Source: a virus. Taken from it: 64,000 nt of DNA. The position numbers and the translations under genes are program-made. Positions 48,698 to 57,463 of the stretch are shown in pieces. Positions within the stretch are counted from its first letter, which is position 1. Each line of letters begins with the position of its first letter. The stretch spans positions 1-64,000 of IMG/VR virus record IMGVR_UViG_3300025759_000072. One strand, written 5' to 3'. The notes under the pieces were generated by a model. That model did no database searches, had not been told where the DNA came from, and saw nothing but the letters and a program-made list of their open reading frames with translations.

Positions 48698-48910
48698 TCA
48701 ACCTCCAGAAATCTTAACAGAACGTTCGAGAACACCATCAAGAGCATCAAGAGTCTTGACAAACGTCATCAACTGATCGTGTAAATCGTGTGATCCAGTG
48801 GTGGTTGTGTCTTGATCAAGAGCAGTAAGCACGTTCAGTTTCTGGCGAATCTGCTCAGAAAGACCAGACATGTTACCAAGAATTTCGAGTTTCATATGTT
48901 CGTTTTTCAT
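48698..48910 (-). CDS. Hypothetical protein
   Basis: 70-aa ORF with AGGAG RBS. Confidence 0.55.
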   Translation of the reverse strand: MKNEHMKLEILGNMSGLSEQIRQKLNVLTALDQDTTTTGSHDLHDQLMTFVKTLDALDGVLERSVKISGG

Positions 48911-49000
48911 TATATATCTCCTATCAAAGGTCTAAAAAGAGAGATTAGCAGTGGCTCTTAACCCTAACCCGAAGGTGCCAGAAATCTCTCTAATCGTTCG

Positions 49001-49240
49001 CTACTTTACAGCGCGAACGTAACGTTGGACATCGCTGTCTACAAACTTGCCCGTGGAAGCCCACGAACGGAATGCAGAACACTCTAGGAAACCAGCTTCA
49101 CACTTCTGAGCGTGTTCACAAGTCTCACAGGGCATAGCCATGTCGTCAATCATCGTTTCAGGTTGAAACGATTTCTTAGTGGCTTTCTCGAACTGAAACT
49201 CAGAATCGTAGCCGATAGAAAAGTAATCACGAGACATCAT
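49001..49240 (-). CDS. Cys-rich early protein
   Basis: PCETC..KC..LEC; AAGGAG RBS directly behind a promoter repeat. Confidence 0.6.
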   Translation of the reverse strand: MMSRDYFSIGYDSEFQFEKATKKSFQPETMIDDMAMPCETCEHAQKCEAGFLECSAFRSWASTGKFVDSDVQRYVRAVK

Positions 49241-49338
49241 ATACTCCTTTTTTCATCTCATCATATACACAGTATATCTTATTTTTAAAAATAAGTCAAC
49301 CCCTAAAATGCATTATTTTTAAAAAAAATTATATCTTT

Positions 49339-49375
49339 GGATACTCGTCGGAAATCAAACGTTCGACGAGTATCC
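49339..49375. terminator. Hairpin, probable terminator
   Basis: GGATACTCGTCG / CGACGAGTATCC 12-bp perfect inverted repeat just after the 49386 ORF. Confidence 0.6.
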
Positions 49376-49385
49376 ATTGATATTT

Positions 49386-49565
49386 TTATGCTCGGCCCGC
49401 ATAGTAACCCATAGAAGCAAGGTTTACTTGCTTACGGCCGCGATTGGTAACGCTGGAAGAATTACGGAAAGTCTTCACTTTCTTCTTTGAAGCGGGTAAT
49501 ACAGTAATCTTAATGCCCGTTTCAAGTTCTTTAGCGATCAGTTTACGGATTTCAGATTTGGTCAT
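49386..49565 (-). CDS. Small basic early protein
   Basis: MTKSEIRKLIAKELETGIKITVLPASKK; behind a promoter repeat. Confidence 0.55.
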   Translation of the reverse strand: MTKSEIRKLIAKELETGIKITVLPASKKKVKTFRNSSSVTNRGRKQVNLASMGYYAGRA

Positions 49566-49711
49566 CTCAATTCTCTCTTTCGTGGTGTGTGTCTGTTTTC
49601 TCATCATATACACAGTATATCTTGTTTTTAAAAATAAGTCAACTGTTTTTTTCAATAAAAACAAAAAAAGTTTTGTTTAAAATCAATAGGTTAGAATTTT
49701 TTTGTATTTTT

Positions 49712-49993
49712 TCAACCTACCATCGAATCAACGAATTTCACCATATCTTCAGCGAAAACGTCTTCTTCACGTTTTAACACTTTGTATTCAAACTTGCGAA
49801 CCTTACCGAACTCAATATCGTATAGATCACGACCGTTCAGTTTGATGGTCACATAACCTTTATTCTTTACCATACCAGTGGTTTTAAACCGCAAACCATC
49901 TTCCATGGCAACCATATCTTTAGCGCCCCAAGCCCAAGTAGCCATCGGGTCAATCATCCTAATCTGTTCAAGGATCGTTTTTGCTATGCTCAT
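49712..49993 (-). CDS. Conserved hypothetical protein
   Basis: IAKTILEQI..WGAK..V.IKLNGRDLYDIEF. Confidence 0.65.
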   Translation of the reverse strand: MSIAKTILEQIRMIDPMATWAWGAKDMVAMEDGLRFKTTGMVKNKGYVTIKLNGRDLYDIEFGKVRKFEYKVLKREEDVFAEDMVKFVDSMVG

Positions 49994-49998
49994 TTGAA

Positions 49999-50166
49999 TC
50001 AACCTTTCAATCCGTCAGTGAGACCCATCATTTCACATTCGCGGGGAAATTCAATCCACATTTGCTTGATTAGGTCTTCACGCTGTTTCTGAATCTCGGG
50101 AATTTCACAAATTTCCGAAAGTTCGAAGACCAGTTCAATCATGCTTTTAAACTTTTCCATGTTCAT
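49999..50166 (-). CDS. Hypothetical protein
   Basis: Short ORF behind a promoter repeat. Confidence 0.5.
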   Translation of the reverse strand: MNMEKFKSMIELVFELSEICEIPEIQKQREDLIKQMWIEFPRECEMMGLTDGLKG

Positions 50167-50235
50167 CTCTCTCTGTTTTCTCATCATATACACAGTATAT
50201 CTTGTTTTTAAAAATAAGTCAACCCTTAAAATGCA

Positions 50236-50538
50236 TTATTTTGTTTTAATAATGTATGCAGGCTTAGACGAATCCATCTTGATATCGTCATTGATTACCT
50301 CTACATCTTCTTTAACGAAGACTCCAATAGGAGAACCGTTGATGGAGGTTTCACCTTCACGCTTGATTTCACCGAAAGGATAAGAGCAGGTGATCGTTTC
50401 AGCACCAGAGTACTCGTCTTCCTCTGCCCATTCTACGGTGTATCCGCTTTCAGTAACAGCGACAACAACACCTTCTGAGATAGGATACATCGCACCCCAG
50501 TTTCCGATAACTTCTGTTCCAACTTCAATCATGTTCAT
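50236..50538 (-). CDS. Hypothetical protein
   Basis: VGTEVIGNWGAMYP..NGSPIGVF; behind a promoter repeat. Confidence 0.55.
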   Translation of the reverse strand: MNMIEVGTEVIGNWGAMYPISEGVVVAVTESGYTVEWAEEDEYSGAETITCSYPFGEIKREGETSINGSPIGVFVKEDVEVINDDIKMDSSKPAYIIKTK

Positions 50539-50634
50539 CTCTCTCTGTTTTCTCATCATATATACATTATATCTTGTTTTTAAAAATAAGTCAACTGTTT
50601 TTTTAATAAAAACTAAAAAAAGTTTTGTTTAAAA

Positions 50635-50766
50635 TCAATAGGTTAGAACTTTTTTGTATTTTTCTTTTCGAGTGTACTTCGTCCTATCCCGGACAACACG
50701 GGGCTTGAAGGCGCTATCCTTAGTGAACAGCATCTTGGCGAGGCGAATTTTCTTTTGTTTTCTCAT
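50635..50766 (-). CDS. 43-aa basic protein resembling ribosome-rescue factor ArfA
   Basis: Not in ORF track: MRKQKKIRLAKMLFTKDSAFKPRVVRDRTKYTRKEKYKKVLTY*; ATGA-coupled to the upstream gene. Confidence 0.5.
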   Translation of the reverse strand: MRKQKKIRLAKMLFTKDSAFKPRVVRDRTKYTRKEKYKKVLTY

Positions 50767-51143
50767 AATCTCAACGCAATGTCGTCAGCAATCATCTGGT
50801 CCATACCAGCGGGAGTCATCGGATAACCACGCTGTTTGAGGATCTTAGCGACATGGGGAGATACGTAACCCTTAGTCTGAAGAGCCTGGAGAGGAGCCAA
50901 ACCACTTTCTAACAGCGCAAGGTATTCTTCAACCGTGAAGTTTTCACACAAGAACTTTTTGAAAGCAACCATGCCACCACGCTTGAATCGAGCAATGAAG
51001 GCTTCTTTCGGCATACCAATTCGACTAGGGTGGATCTTGTCTGCACCATAGACCTCATCGTATGTCTTCTGACCAGCAAAGGGTCCGACGTAGTTGAGGT
51101 ACATACCGTCAAATTGGAAATTCTTGTTCACAAACTTAGTCAT
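50763..51143 (-). CDS. Hypothetical early protein
   Basis: FIARFK..FLCENFTVEEY..APLQALQTKGY; AAGGAG RBS behind a promoter. Confidence 0.65.
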   Translation of the reverse strand: MTKFVNKNFQFDGMYLNYVGPFAGQKTYDEVYGADKIHPSRIGMPKEAFIARFKRGGMVAFKKFLCENFTVEEYLALLESGLAPLQALQTKGYVSPHVAKILKQRGYPMTPAGMDQMIADDIALRL

Positions 51144-51246
51144 CTCAATCTCCTTATCAATCATCATAAGTGTATAATAACTTATGCTGAGAAATAAGTC
51201 AACTGTTTTTTTAATAAAAACTAAAAAAAGTTTTGTTTAAAATCAA

Positions 51247-51726
51247 CTACTTAGCGTTTTTAGGGAATATTTTTTGAACTGGGAAGTCATAAAAGACGAA
51301 AATTTGATCAGACGTTTCAAGACGCTGATTCTTTTTACCCTCTTTTTTCTTCAATTTACCGACCTGAGGAATACCAGCCGCTGCTCGTTTTTGAGCCTTT
51401 TTGAGAGATTTCTGTTTTTCTTCGGACCACTCGAATCGAATCAGTTTATCGTCGGTATCATCGATGATCCACATAGTGATATATTTCTGCCCGTTAACCT
51501 TCGTCACTGAATATGACTTAAAAATAAACTCATCTTTCGGCATCTCGTATTTGGCTCGACCAATGAACTGCTCGTTAACCTGAAATGATAAAAAGACAGA
51601 AAATAGAATGAATGGTACGGCAGCATACCTCAACCATGTCTTTTGTACAATAAAAGGAAGAAAGCAGATTGCGCCTGTCACGATCCATAAGATCATCAGG
51701 TTTGTGGTTGTGAACATCATAATCAT
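51247..51726 (-). CDS. Two-TM membrane protein (third gene of the MotA/TolQ-type trio)
   Basis: Two N-terminal hydrophobic segments; ATGA-coupled to the upstream gene. Confidence 0.6.
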   Translation of the reverse strand: MIMMFTTTNLMILWIVTGAICFLPFIVQKTWLRYAAVPFILFSVFLSFQVNEQFIGRAKYEMPKDEFIFKSYSVTKVNGQKYITMWIIDDTDDKLIRFEWSEEKQKSLKKAQKRAAAGIPQVGKLKKKEGKKNQRLETSDQIFVFYDFPVQKIFPKNAK

Positions 51727-52361
51727 GGCGCGCCGTACTTCATATACATTTGTTTTGATGTTGCAATTCTTGTCTCATTGTCTGTAAAAATAACGTTACC
51801 ATTTCGAACATCAAATGACGCTACAAACTTCTCGACGCCTTTCTCTTCAAGATCGAACTTTTTGACTTTAAGAATCTTATATGGATTCACTTGAATGATC
51901 TCTACAGTCACATCTTTCTCTATTCCATAACCGTCGTAGTAATGTGTGGTTACCGAAAACGATCTATCTGATTTTGAACGAATGCTAATCACTTCACGAT
52001 TAACGAAGATTTCTTCTTTACTCTCTTGTGGTTTATTGTCAACTGAAGTATTAAGTGTATCATTCTTTTGGCCTAAATCATCTCTATCGAGATTCATTAG
52101 AGCGATATCTTTACTACGGAAACTTACGATGTTATCTGCATCATCCTTTATCCACAAATCAATATCGTTACCGCTTTCATCATTCCATTTTAGAACAATC
52201 AAATATTCAGCCTTTGGTTCAAAGGTATCCTTCTTAGCAACTGGATTGATTAGAATGAAAGCAAGCAGAAACAGAAATACGAATCCAATCAGCAGATTGA
52301 ATAGTAAATCAACGAATCCAAGTGTGCTTTTATATCTACTCGTTTTGTTCACTGTTTTCAT
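51723..52361 (-). CDS. MotB/ExbD/TolR-like single-TM partner
   Basis: TLGFVDLLFNLLIGFVFLF with intramembrane Asp; soluble WND..DIDLW..LDRDDLG..NRE domain. Confidence 0.6.
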   Translation of the reverse strand: MKTVNKTSRYKSTLGFVDLLFNLLIGFVFLFLLAFILINPVAKKDTFEPKAEYLIVLKWNDESGNDIDLWIKDDADNIVSFRSKDIALMNLDRDDLGQKNDTLNTSVDNKPQESKEEIFVNREVISIRSKSDRSFSVTTHYYDGYGIEKDVTVEIIQVNPYKILKVKKFDLEEKGVEKFVASFDVRNGNVIFTDNETRIATSKQMYMKYGAP

Positions 52362-52797
52362 ACACCACCAACTGAATCTGTGTGAGAGTTGAGCAAACAA
52401 GGCCAACTAACGTAGTTACCAGAGCGGTGCTCATACCAACTGCCATTGCCTGAATTGAATCTTGAACATTCTTAACATTTGATACATCAAGCGTCTCAAA
52501 CGCTGTACCAAGCATAAGAAGGAATCCAGCAACAGTACCAATCATACCAAGACGTGTCATTGCTTCTGCAGCAAATGAAACATAATCAACGATCTTATCA
52601 TTTGTCAGTTCCCATGTTGATCGAGAACTTAACCAACCAACAGAAAGTGTAGATAGAACGAAGATAAAAATAATCAGAAAACTGATCTTTGTAAGATCAG
52701 CATCATACATCATCTCCCACCAATCATAGTGATACATCAGACCAGTGGCAAATGCGGTCAACGAAAACTGAATCCACCACTTCAACATTGCGTTCAT
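52336..52797 (-). CDS. MotA/TolQ/ExbB proton-channel family protein
   Basis: LGMIGTVAGFL...GMSTALVTTLVGL signature helices. Confidence 0.82.
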   Translation of the reverse strand: MNAMLKWWIQFSLTAFATGLMYHYDWWEMMYDADLTKISFLIIFIFVLSTLSVGWLSSRSTWELTNDKIVDYVSFAAEAMTRLGMIGTVAGFLLMLGTAFETLDVSNVKNVQDSIQAMAVGMSTALVTTLVGLVCSTLTQIQLVVYENSEQNE

Positions 52798-53123
52798 AAT
52801 TTTGGTCCTTTATTTTTTTCAGGTTCACCATGACCCGTTGCTATGATACATGATACTTTTTCAATGTGCGTTTCGACTATCGAAAATGAACCTGTTTTAA
52901 TATTACGAAAAATACTCAACACTATTTTATCGTTTGGTTTATCATTAGGTCCAGAACTAAATCCAAAAAATTCAAAACTACTTTCACCAAACTGATTCAA
53001 TTTATTCATAACATCATCACTTGGACCACATATAATATTTTTCTTTGTTGGACCAATAGGTGGATGAGCATATACATTACAAGAAAACAATACCACAGTG
53101 ATTATGGTAATTATTGTTTTCAT
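52794..53123 (-). CDS. Exported hypothetical protein
   Basis: Signal peptide; IICG..GE..N.KTGSFSIVE..SCIIATG. Confidence 0.55.
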   Translation of the reverse strand: MKTIITIITVVLFSCNVYAHPPIGPTKKNIICGPSDDVMNKLNQFGESSFEFFGFSSGPNDKPNDKIVLSIFRNIKTGSFSIVETHIEKVSCIIATGHGEPEKNKGPKL

Positions 53124-53126
53124 TTT

Positions 53127-53801
53127 TTATCCAATCAATCTGGATGTGAAAAATTCATGTTCTTTATATTTATATGGGTCCGACATAAAGATTTGTGGTG
53201 AATCCCCTTCAACAGCAATCAATATGATATTTTGTTCTACTCTCTCGCCATACATCTCTTCTATCATATATGAGTATGTTGCACACTGTAGAAAATAGTC
53301 TTCAATCCATTCTCGTTTTTTTGTTTTACGAGATGTTTTAAAATCAAGCACGGTTAGTTTATTATTGATTTGACAAACCATGTCTACTCTTCCAGCCAAT
53401 CGATACTCATGGCTGAATAGAGCGCACTCCTGCATGAACACTTTTTGTATTGATTGTAAAAGAATTGGTTGAATATTAAAAAACATTTGAACAGCATCTG
53501 GCATCTGCCCTTTGATGATGTCTTCTAAACTTACATTATCGATAAAGTCTTCGAGCATCTTATGAACAGCAGTACCACGAGATGCTGATTGATGACTGAT
53601 ACGATTGGCTTCTGCTTCACCAACCTTTCGGCGCCACTCCATCAATCCTTCTTTCTTTCCAGGAAGGTTGCCGAGCGCAGTCGTTACTGATTCGTATAAG
53701 ACTTCGGAAGGTCCATTTGGTACTCGATACCTGCGACCCTCCTCCGTCGTGATTGCTTCTATGTCGTACTTTTCAAATCTATCTTCATGTATAAATTGCA
53801 T
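53127..53801 (-). CDS. PD-(D/E)xK exonuclease (Cas4/RecB-like)
   Basis: SVTT..EWRRKVGE.EANRI..RGT.VH..AGRVD..DFKTS..YFLQCATY. Confidence 0.85.
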   Translation of the reverse strand: MQFIHEDRFEKYDIEAITTEEGRRYRVPNGPSEVLYESVTTALGNLPGKKEGLMEWRRKVGEAEANRISHQSASRGTAVHKMLEDFIDNVSLEDIIKGQMPDAVQMFFNIQPILLQSIQKVFMQECALFSHEYRLAGRVDMVCQINNKLTVLDFKTSRKTKKREWIEDYFLQCATYSYMIEEMYGERVEQNIILIAVEGDSPQIFMSDPYKYKEHEFFTSRLIG

Positions 53802-54552
53802 GATCGATTTTAGCCATAATATAAGATTTCACAAGTTCGCTACGCACGATATCATCCTCATTAAAATAAATTGTTTTAAAGTACGGAATTGATGTTAATA
53901 CCTTCATGAATGATAATAATCCACTACCTTCTCTCATGTTCTGTAAATCACTTTGTCTAAAGTCACCGGAAAAAATAATACGACAGTTATCACCGATGCG
54001 AGTTATAATAGAGTCGAGTTCGTGGAATGTCATGTTCTGACATTCATCGACGATAACAATAGAATCATTAAGAGTAATTCCCCGTATGAAGGATGTAGAT
54101 ATAAACTCAACCATTCCTCGACTTTTAATCGTTTCATATGCGTCTCCGCGTCCAAATAATTCTGTAAAGATGTTATAGTATGGTTGCTCATACGCTTTCA
54201 TCTTTTCTTTTTGGTTTCCTGGTAGAAACCCCATGTCCCTTGTTGGGACTATTGATCGTACAATGACTAACTTTTGTTTAGTAGATGAATGTGTTAGGAT
54301 TTCTTTTAAAGCAAGATATATTGAGATAAACGTTTTACCAGTACCAGCCAATCCTTGAAGTAACAAGTGTTTATCTTTACGGTATTCATCGAACGTTCTT
54401 GATTGGTTTTTTGTTTTTGGTTCGATATTTTTTAAGTTCAATCCTGTGTTAACACCTTTCTTTTTTGCTTTACGTTTTTGTTTTCTTGATAGTTTTTCTT
54501 CAAAAAAGTTATAGTTATCTTCTACAAAAGCTAAGTTAGAGTGATTGTACAT
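53785..54552 (-). CDS. phoH: PhoH-family ATPase
   Basis: GLAGTGKT Walker A, MGFLPG, FIRGITL, IVDECQN, GDFRQSD, DIVRS. Confidence 0.95.
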   Translation of the reverse strand: MYNHSNLAFVEDNYNFFEEKLSRKQKRKAKKKGVNTGLNLKNIEPKTKNQSRTFDEYRKDKHLLLQGLAGTGKTFISIYLALKEILTHSSTKQKLVIVRSIVPTRDMGFLPGNQKEKMKAYEQPYYNIFTELFGRGDAYETIKSRGMVEFISTSFIRGITLNDSIVIVDECQNMTFHELDSIITRIGDNCRIIFSGDFRQSDLQNMREGSGLLSFMKVLTSIPYFKTIYFNEDDIVRSELVKSYIMAKIDHAIYT

Positions 54553-54571
54553 GATACCTCCTAGGTAATCA

Positions 54572-54892
54572 TTACAAAGTATCTGCGGCTCTTTTCTTTC
54601 TCCATTTCTCTACTGCATCACGGGTCTTAACAGCCTTAACAGATTTTGCACCATATTGCTCGCCGAGTTTGCTATTTGGATTAGCCTCGGCGATTCTTGC
54701 AAGTTGTTCCCTCCAACCATCATCAGTACGCAGTGATTTATTCACTGATGTACCAGCAACGATATTCATCTGTGTTGAAGGGAGTTGACGGATGTGTGGA
54801 TTGTCAGAAAGGAATGCCTCACGTTCAGCCATAGACATGAATTCAGTAAACTCTTCTTTAGTTTTTTCATTAATAAAAGAATATGTAGGCAT
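54572..54892 (-). CDS. Conserved phage protein (FmdB-like N-terminus without cysteines)
   Basis: MPTYSF..E.FMS..E.FL.DNP; TDDGWRE. Confidence 0.6.
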   Translation of the reverse strand: MPTYSFINEKTKEEFTEFMSMAEREAFLSDNPHIRQLPSTQMNIVAGTSVNKSLRTDDGWREQLARIAEANPNSKLGEQYGAKSVKAVKTRDAVEKWRKKRAADTL

Positions 54893-54917
54893 TGCACCTC
54901 CTTATTTGTATTTATTA

Positions 54918-55481
54918 TTATGCTGTTTTACCCAAATACCAGTATGGAACTTGACGATTAGTCCATTTGGCAAACGATGCTTTTGCTACATTGTAGTAGT
55001 TACGATACGATTGAATAGGATCATCTGTTACGATACATTCTGGAAAGTTTTTCATAGCAATCGCAAATGGAGTTCGTGGACCTTCTGGAATATTACGAGG
55101 AGGCGCCATTAGATAACAACCAATACCTTTATTTGACCAAGCACCATGTGTTTTACCATACCGACGATTGTATTCTACAGCAAGAGCCATATAATGCTGT
55201 ACGTGCCATTTGTAGTTCTCTGTTGACTGCATGGTCCATACGGTACAAGGATGACCCATATGGACTGCTTTCATTAGAACGTCTTCTAGTGGACCATCGA
55301 GTTTCCAGTATTTGATCATTCGCTTACCAGATTTAGATGGTCGCATTTCCATAACACCATCGAGCATACGATGCGCTGTTGATAACATCTGTGCTGATTC
55401 GGTAACCATTTTCACTACGTGTTTGTCACACAGAGCACGAGCGGACTCTTGTGGGCAATCACTCACTGCAAAGATATTCAT
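54918..55481 (-). CDS. Pyrimidine-dimer DNA glycosylase/endonuclease V family protein
   Basis: MNIF..DKHVVKM..ESAQMLSTAHR..HPCTVW..EY..RYGK.H..YRNYY. Confidence 0.8.
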   Translation of the reverse strand: MNIFAVSDCPQESARALCDKHVVKMVTESAQMLSTAHRMLDGVMEMRPSKSGKRMIKYWKLDGPLEDVLMKAVHMGHPCTVWTMQSTENYKWHVQHYMALAVEYNRRYGKTHGAWSNKGIGCYLMAPPRNIPEGPRTPFAIAMKNFPECIVTDDPIQSYRNYYNVAKASFAKWTNRQVPYWYLGKTA

Positions 55482-55756
55482 CGTTTCGTTTTCCTACTTT
55501 TGATATTTTTTTCCCAAGTATTTTTTCCCCAAGTATTTTTCTTATTATAAACTCCATTATCTTTCGGTTTTTTAGATATATAAGACCCACCGAACATCGA
55601 ACCGGTTTGTCCTTTATCAAATACTGGTCTATCCATCGGATAATCTTTATCTAATTGTTCCAGTCGTTCTTTAGTTTTCTTTTCTCGCCACCACTTATCT
55701 GCTGCTTTTTTTCCATCTTTCTTTAGAATTTTTCCGTATATATTATCCACAATCAA
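55478..55756 (-). CDS. Hypothetical basic protein
   Basis: 92-aa ORF coupled to downstream gene. Confidence 0.5.
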   Translation of the reverse strand: MIVDNIYGKILKKDGKKAADKWWREKKTKERLEQLDKDYPMDRPVFDKGQTGSMFGGSYISKKPKDNGVYNKKNTWGKNTWEKNIKSRKTKR

Positions 55757-55764
55757 TCCTCAAA

Positions 55765-56004
55765 CTAATAATTAAAACGAAAAGGAGACAACTTCTTCAT
55801 CTCATCTTCTGTAGGGCGCTTAGTACCAGCGTACACTACCAGATCGTCATCTTCGTTTTCATAACATTCAACAATATTATCCTTAGCAAGGATCGAAAGT
55901 GATACTTGGATCATATGATCGATATCATATGATTTACGACCAAGATAAAATGAAAGACCAACCAAAGATATTAGACCTGCAAGTATTAGAATATCATGAT
56001 ACAT
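55765..56004 (-). CDS. Hypothetical membrane protein
   Basis: N-terminal TM; AAGGAG RBS; promoter TTGACT-17-TATAAT at 56031-56059. Confidence 0.6.
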   Translation of the reverse strand: MYHDILILAGLISLVGLSFYLGRKSYDIDHMIQVSLSILAKDNIVECYENEDDDLVVYAGTKRPTEDEMKKLSPFRFNY

Positions 56005-56055
56005 TTTTTTCTCCTTTAGAATATATATTCATTATACTTTAAAAACAAAAAAAAG

Positions 56056-56682
56056 TCAATGATTTTCCAATAATTTTTTTAACTCTTCTAAATTATTTCT
56101 GTATGAATTGCGAATCAATGGTTGATATGACTTATTTTTTTCTGGATAAACAAACACGAAATCAACATCTTCGTGTTTTTCAATCAACCATCCAATATAA
56201 TCTAGTCGATTACGAGTATCGACCAGCGAGGCTCTTGTATTCTCTTCATACGCATTCGTACCATCAAATAGATTTGATAATGCCACTTTATTATCAACAA
56301 TCATCGAATCAAATCCCAACATGAACAATTGCTTGTATCCCATCTTGATTGCCTCAAGCATCGCATTGACACCAGCATTGGAACGAGAAGTTAAACCAGG
56401 TTTACCATTTTTCTTCCAATGAATCTCGAAGGGTTCATACTGTTCATCTTTTGGAGGTACAATAAATCTTTTTGATGGAAAATCAGAAGATTCAATCTCC
56501 GTTATTATCTTATCATCAATCGCCACAAGGTAATCTGGCAAATCATAATTTGGTCTGAACTCTCGATAAAGAGCATTGCAACCAAATACTGTACCTTTGT
56601 CTTTTAGATCCATCAAGTCAAAATCTTTTCTTGATGATCCGTTACCGATTATAAATGCTCTCTTCGCCATAGGCTTCATCAT
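56056..56682 (-). CDS. GT29/DUF115-like nucleotide-sugar-fold protein
   Basis: AFIIGNGSSR..FGCNALYR..DYLVAID..NAG.NA..LFMLGFD. Confidence 0.6.
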   Translation of the reverse strand: MMKPMAKRAFIIGNGSSRKDFDLMDLKDKGTVFGCNALYREFRPNYDLPDYLVAIDDKIITEIESSDFPSKRFIVPPKDEQYEPFEIHWKKNGKPGLTSRSNAGVNAMLEAIKMGYKQLFMLGFDSMIVDNKVALSNLFDGTNAYEENTRASLVDTRNRLDYIGWLIEKHEDVDFVFVYPEKNKSYQPLIRNSYRNNLEELKKLLENH

Positions 56683-56797
56683 ATTTTTTCGCTTTTGGTT
56701 TACGATACTTCTTCACAATTTGTTTGCGTTTAGTGGGTTTCTTATCAAAAGAATATTCATTGTCCCATGACTTTTCACGCCGAAACGTCTTACCCAT
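56642..56797 (-). CDS. 51-aa basic protein
   Basis: MGKTFRREKSWDNEYSFDKK...; below ORF-track cutoff. Confidence 0.45.
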   Translation of the reverse strand: MGKTFRREKSWDNEYSFDKKPTKRKQIVKKYRKPKAKKYDEAYGEESIYNR

Positions 56798-56803
56798 TTT
56801 AGT

Positions 56804-57013
56804 TTATTTCTCTTTCTTTAACTTCCATAAAATATATGGATCGTTTTTTTCTACTTGTAGAGGAATTTGTTTTGCTTTTGGATCAATTGGTGTTGGACCA
56901 ACATAATGCCATGTTGCTCCGTTGTTTACATCTTTTTCAACGGCTTTAATAAATTCTTGGTTATCAACGACAAATAATCCAAAAAATAATGCTAATACTG
57001 AAATTACAATCAT
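56804..57013 (-). CDS. Small membrane protein
   Basis: N-terminal hydrophobic segment; GATWHYVG. Confidence 0.55.
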   Translation of the reverse strand: MIVISVLALFFGLFVVDNQEFIKAVEKDVNNGATWHYVGPTPIDPKAKQIPLQVEKNDPYILWKLKKEK

Positions 57014-57463
57014 TTATTTATTTTCCTCTGTTTTCCATGTTGATGCTAATGTTGGCCATGCTTCTTCGAATAGTTTTTGTGTGATACCTTTATATGGCAT
57101 CTTCTTATCTTTAATTGCTAATACTAATTTTGCATCATCTGGATCCAATGATTCAAGAAACTGAACAAACTGAGATTCTCTTTGGATAGATTTCATATCC
57201 GGATATGGTCCATCTTTTAGAAAGATGCGAAACTTACGTACATTTGCATACAACGATGTTTGTAAATCCGATTCTTTTGGTTGCGCTTTATATGGTGGAT
57301 CTCCTTCTGGTAAAACAAACTGATGCTTTGGATTGAAACAAATGTCAACCACTGCTTCAAGTGTTGTATTATGATCCTTCCTTAACGTTTCAATTTGTTG
57401 TTTTCGAGATTTAATATCTGAAACCCTCTTTAAGATTTCAGCCACACTTTCTTTCATTGCCAT
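57014..57463 (-). CDS. Conserved T4-like phage hypothetical protein
   Basis: LPEGDPPYK..RE.QF.Q.LE.L...DA.L....KDK; directly after RNase H. Confidence 0.7.
   Translation of the reverse strand: MAMKESVAEILKRVSDIKSRKQQIETLRKDHNTTLEAVVDICFNPKHQFVLPEGDPPYKAQPKESDLQTSLYANVRKFRIFLKDGPYPDMKSIQRESQFVQFLESLDPDDAKLVLAIKDKKMPYKGITQKLFEEAWPTLASTWKTEENK

Larger units (their letters stand above)
48061..51246 (-). repeat. Array of near-identical early (sigma70) promoter repeats
   Basis: GTTGACTTATTTTTAAAAACAAGATATA(A/C)TGT.TATATGATGAGA at ~48461-48510, 49257-49300, 49594-49643, 50174-50223, 50546-50595; variants at 48061-48089 and 51174-51202; all TTGACT-17 bp-(-10). Confidence 0.9.

Noticed and set aside
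48448-50559. MMRKQ-type N-terminal extensions on several early ORFs
   Set aside because: They come from reading through the promoter repeat; purine-rich RBSs support downstream starts, though leaderless initiation is not excluded.
48461-51246. CRISPR array
   Set aside because: Repeats are promoters spaced hundreds of bases apart by ORFs; no cas operon, and the PD-(D/E)xK nuclease is a common solo phage gene.
51247-52797. Complete Zorya defence system
   Set aside because: No long ZorA tail, no OmpA-type ZorB domain and no ZorC/D/E genes.
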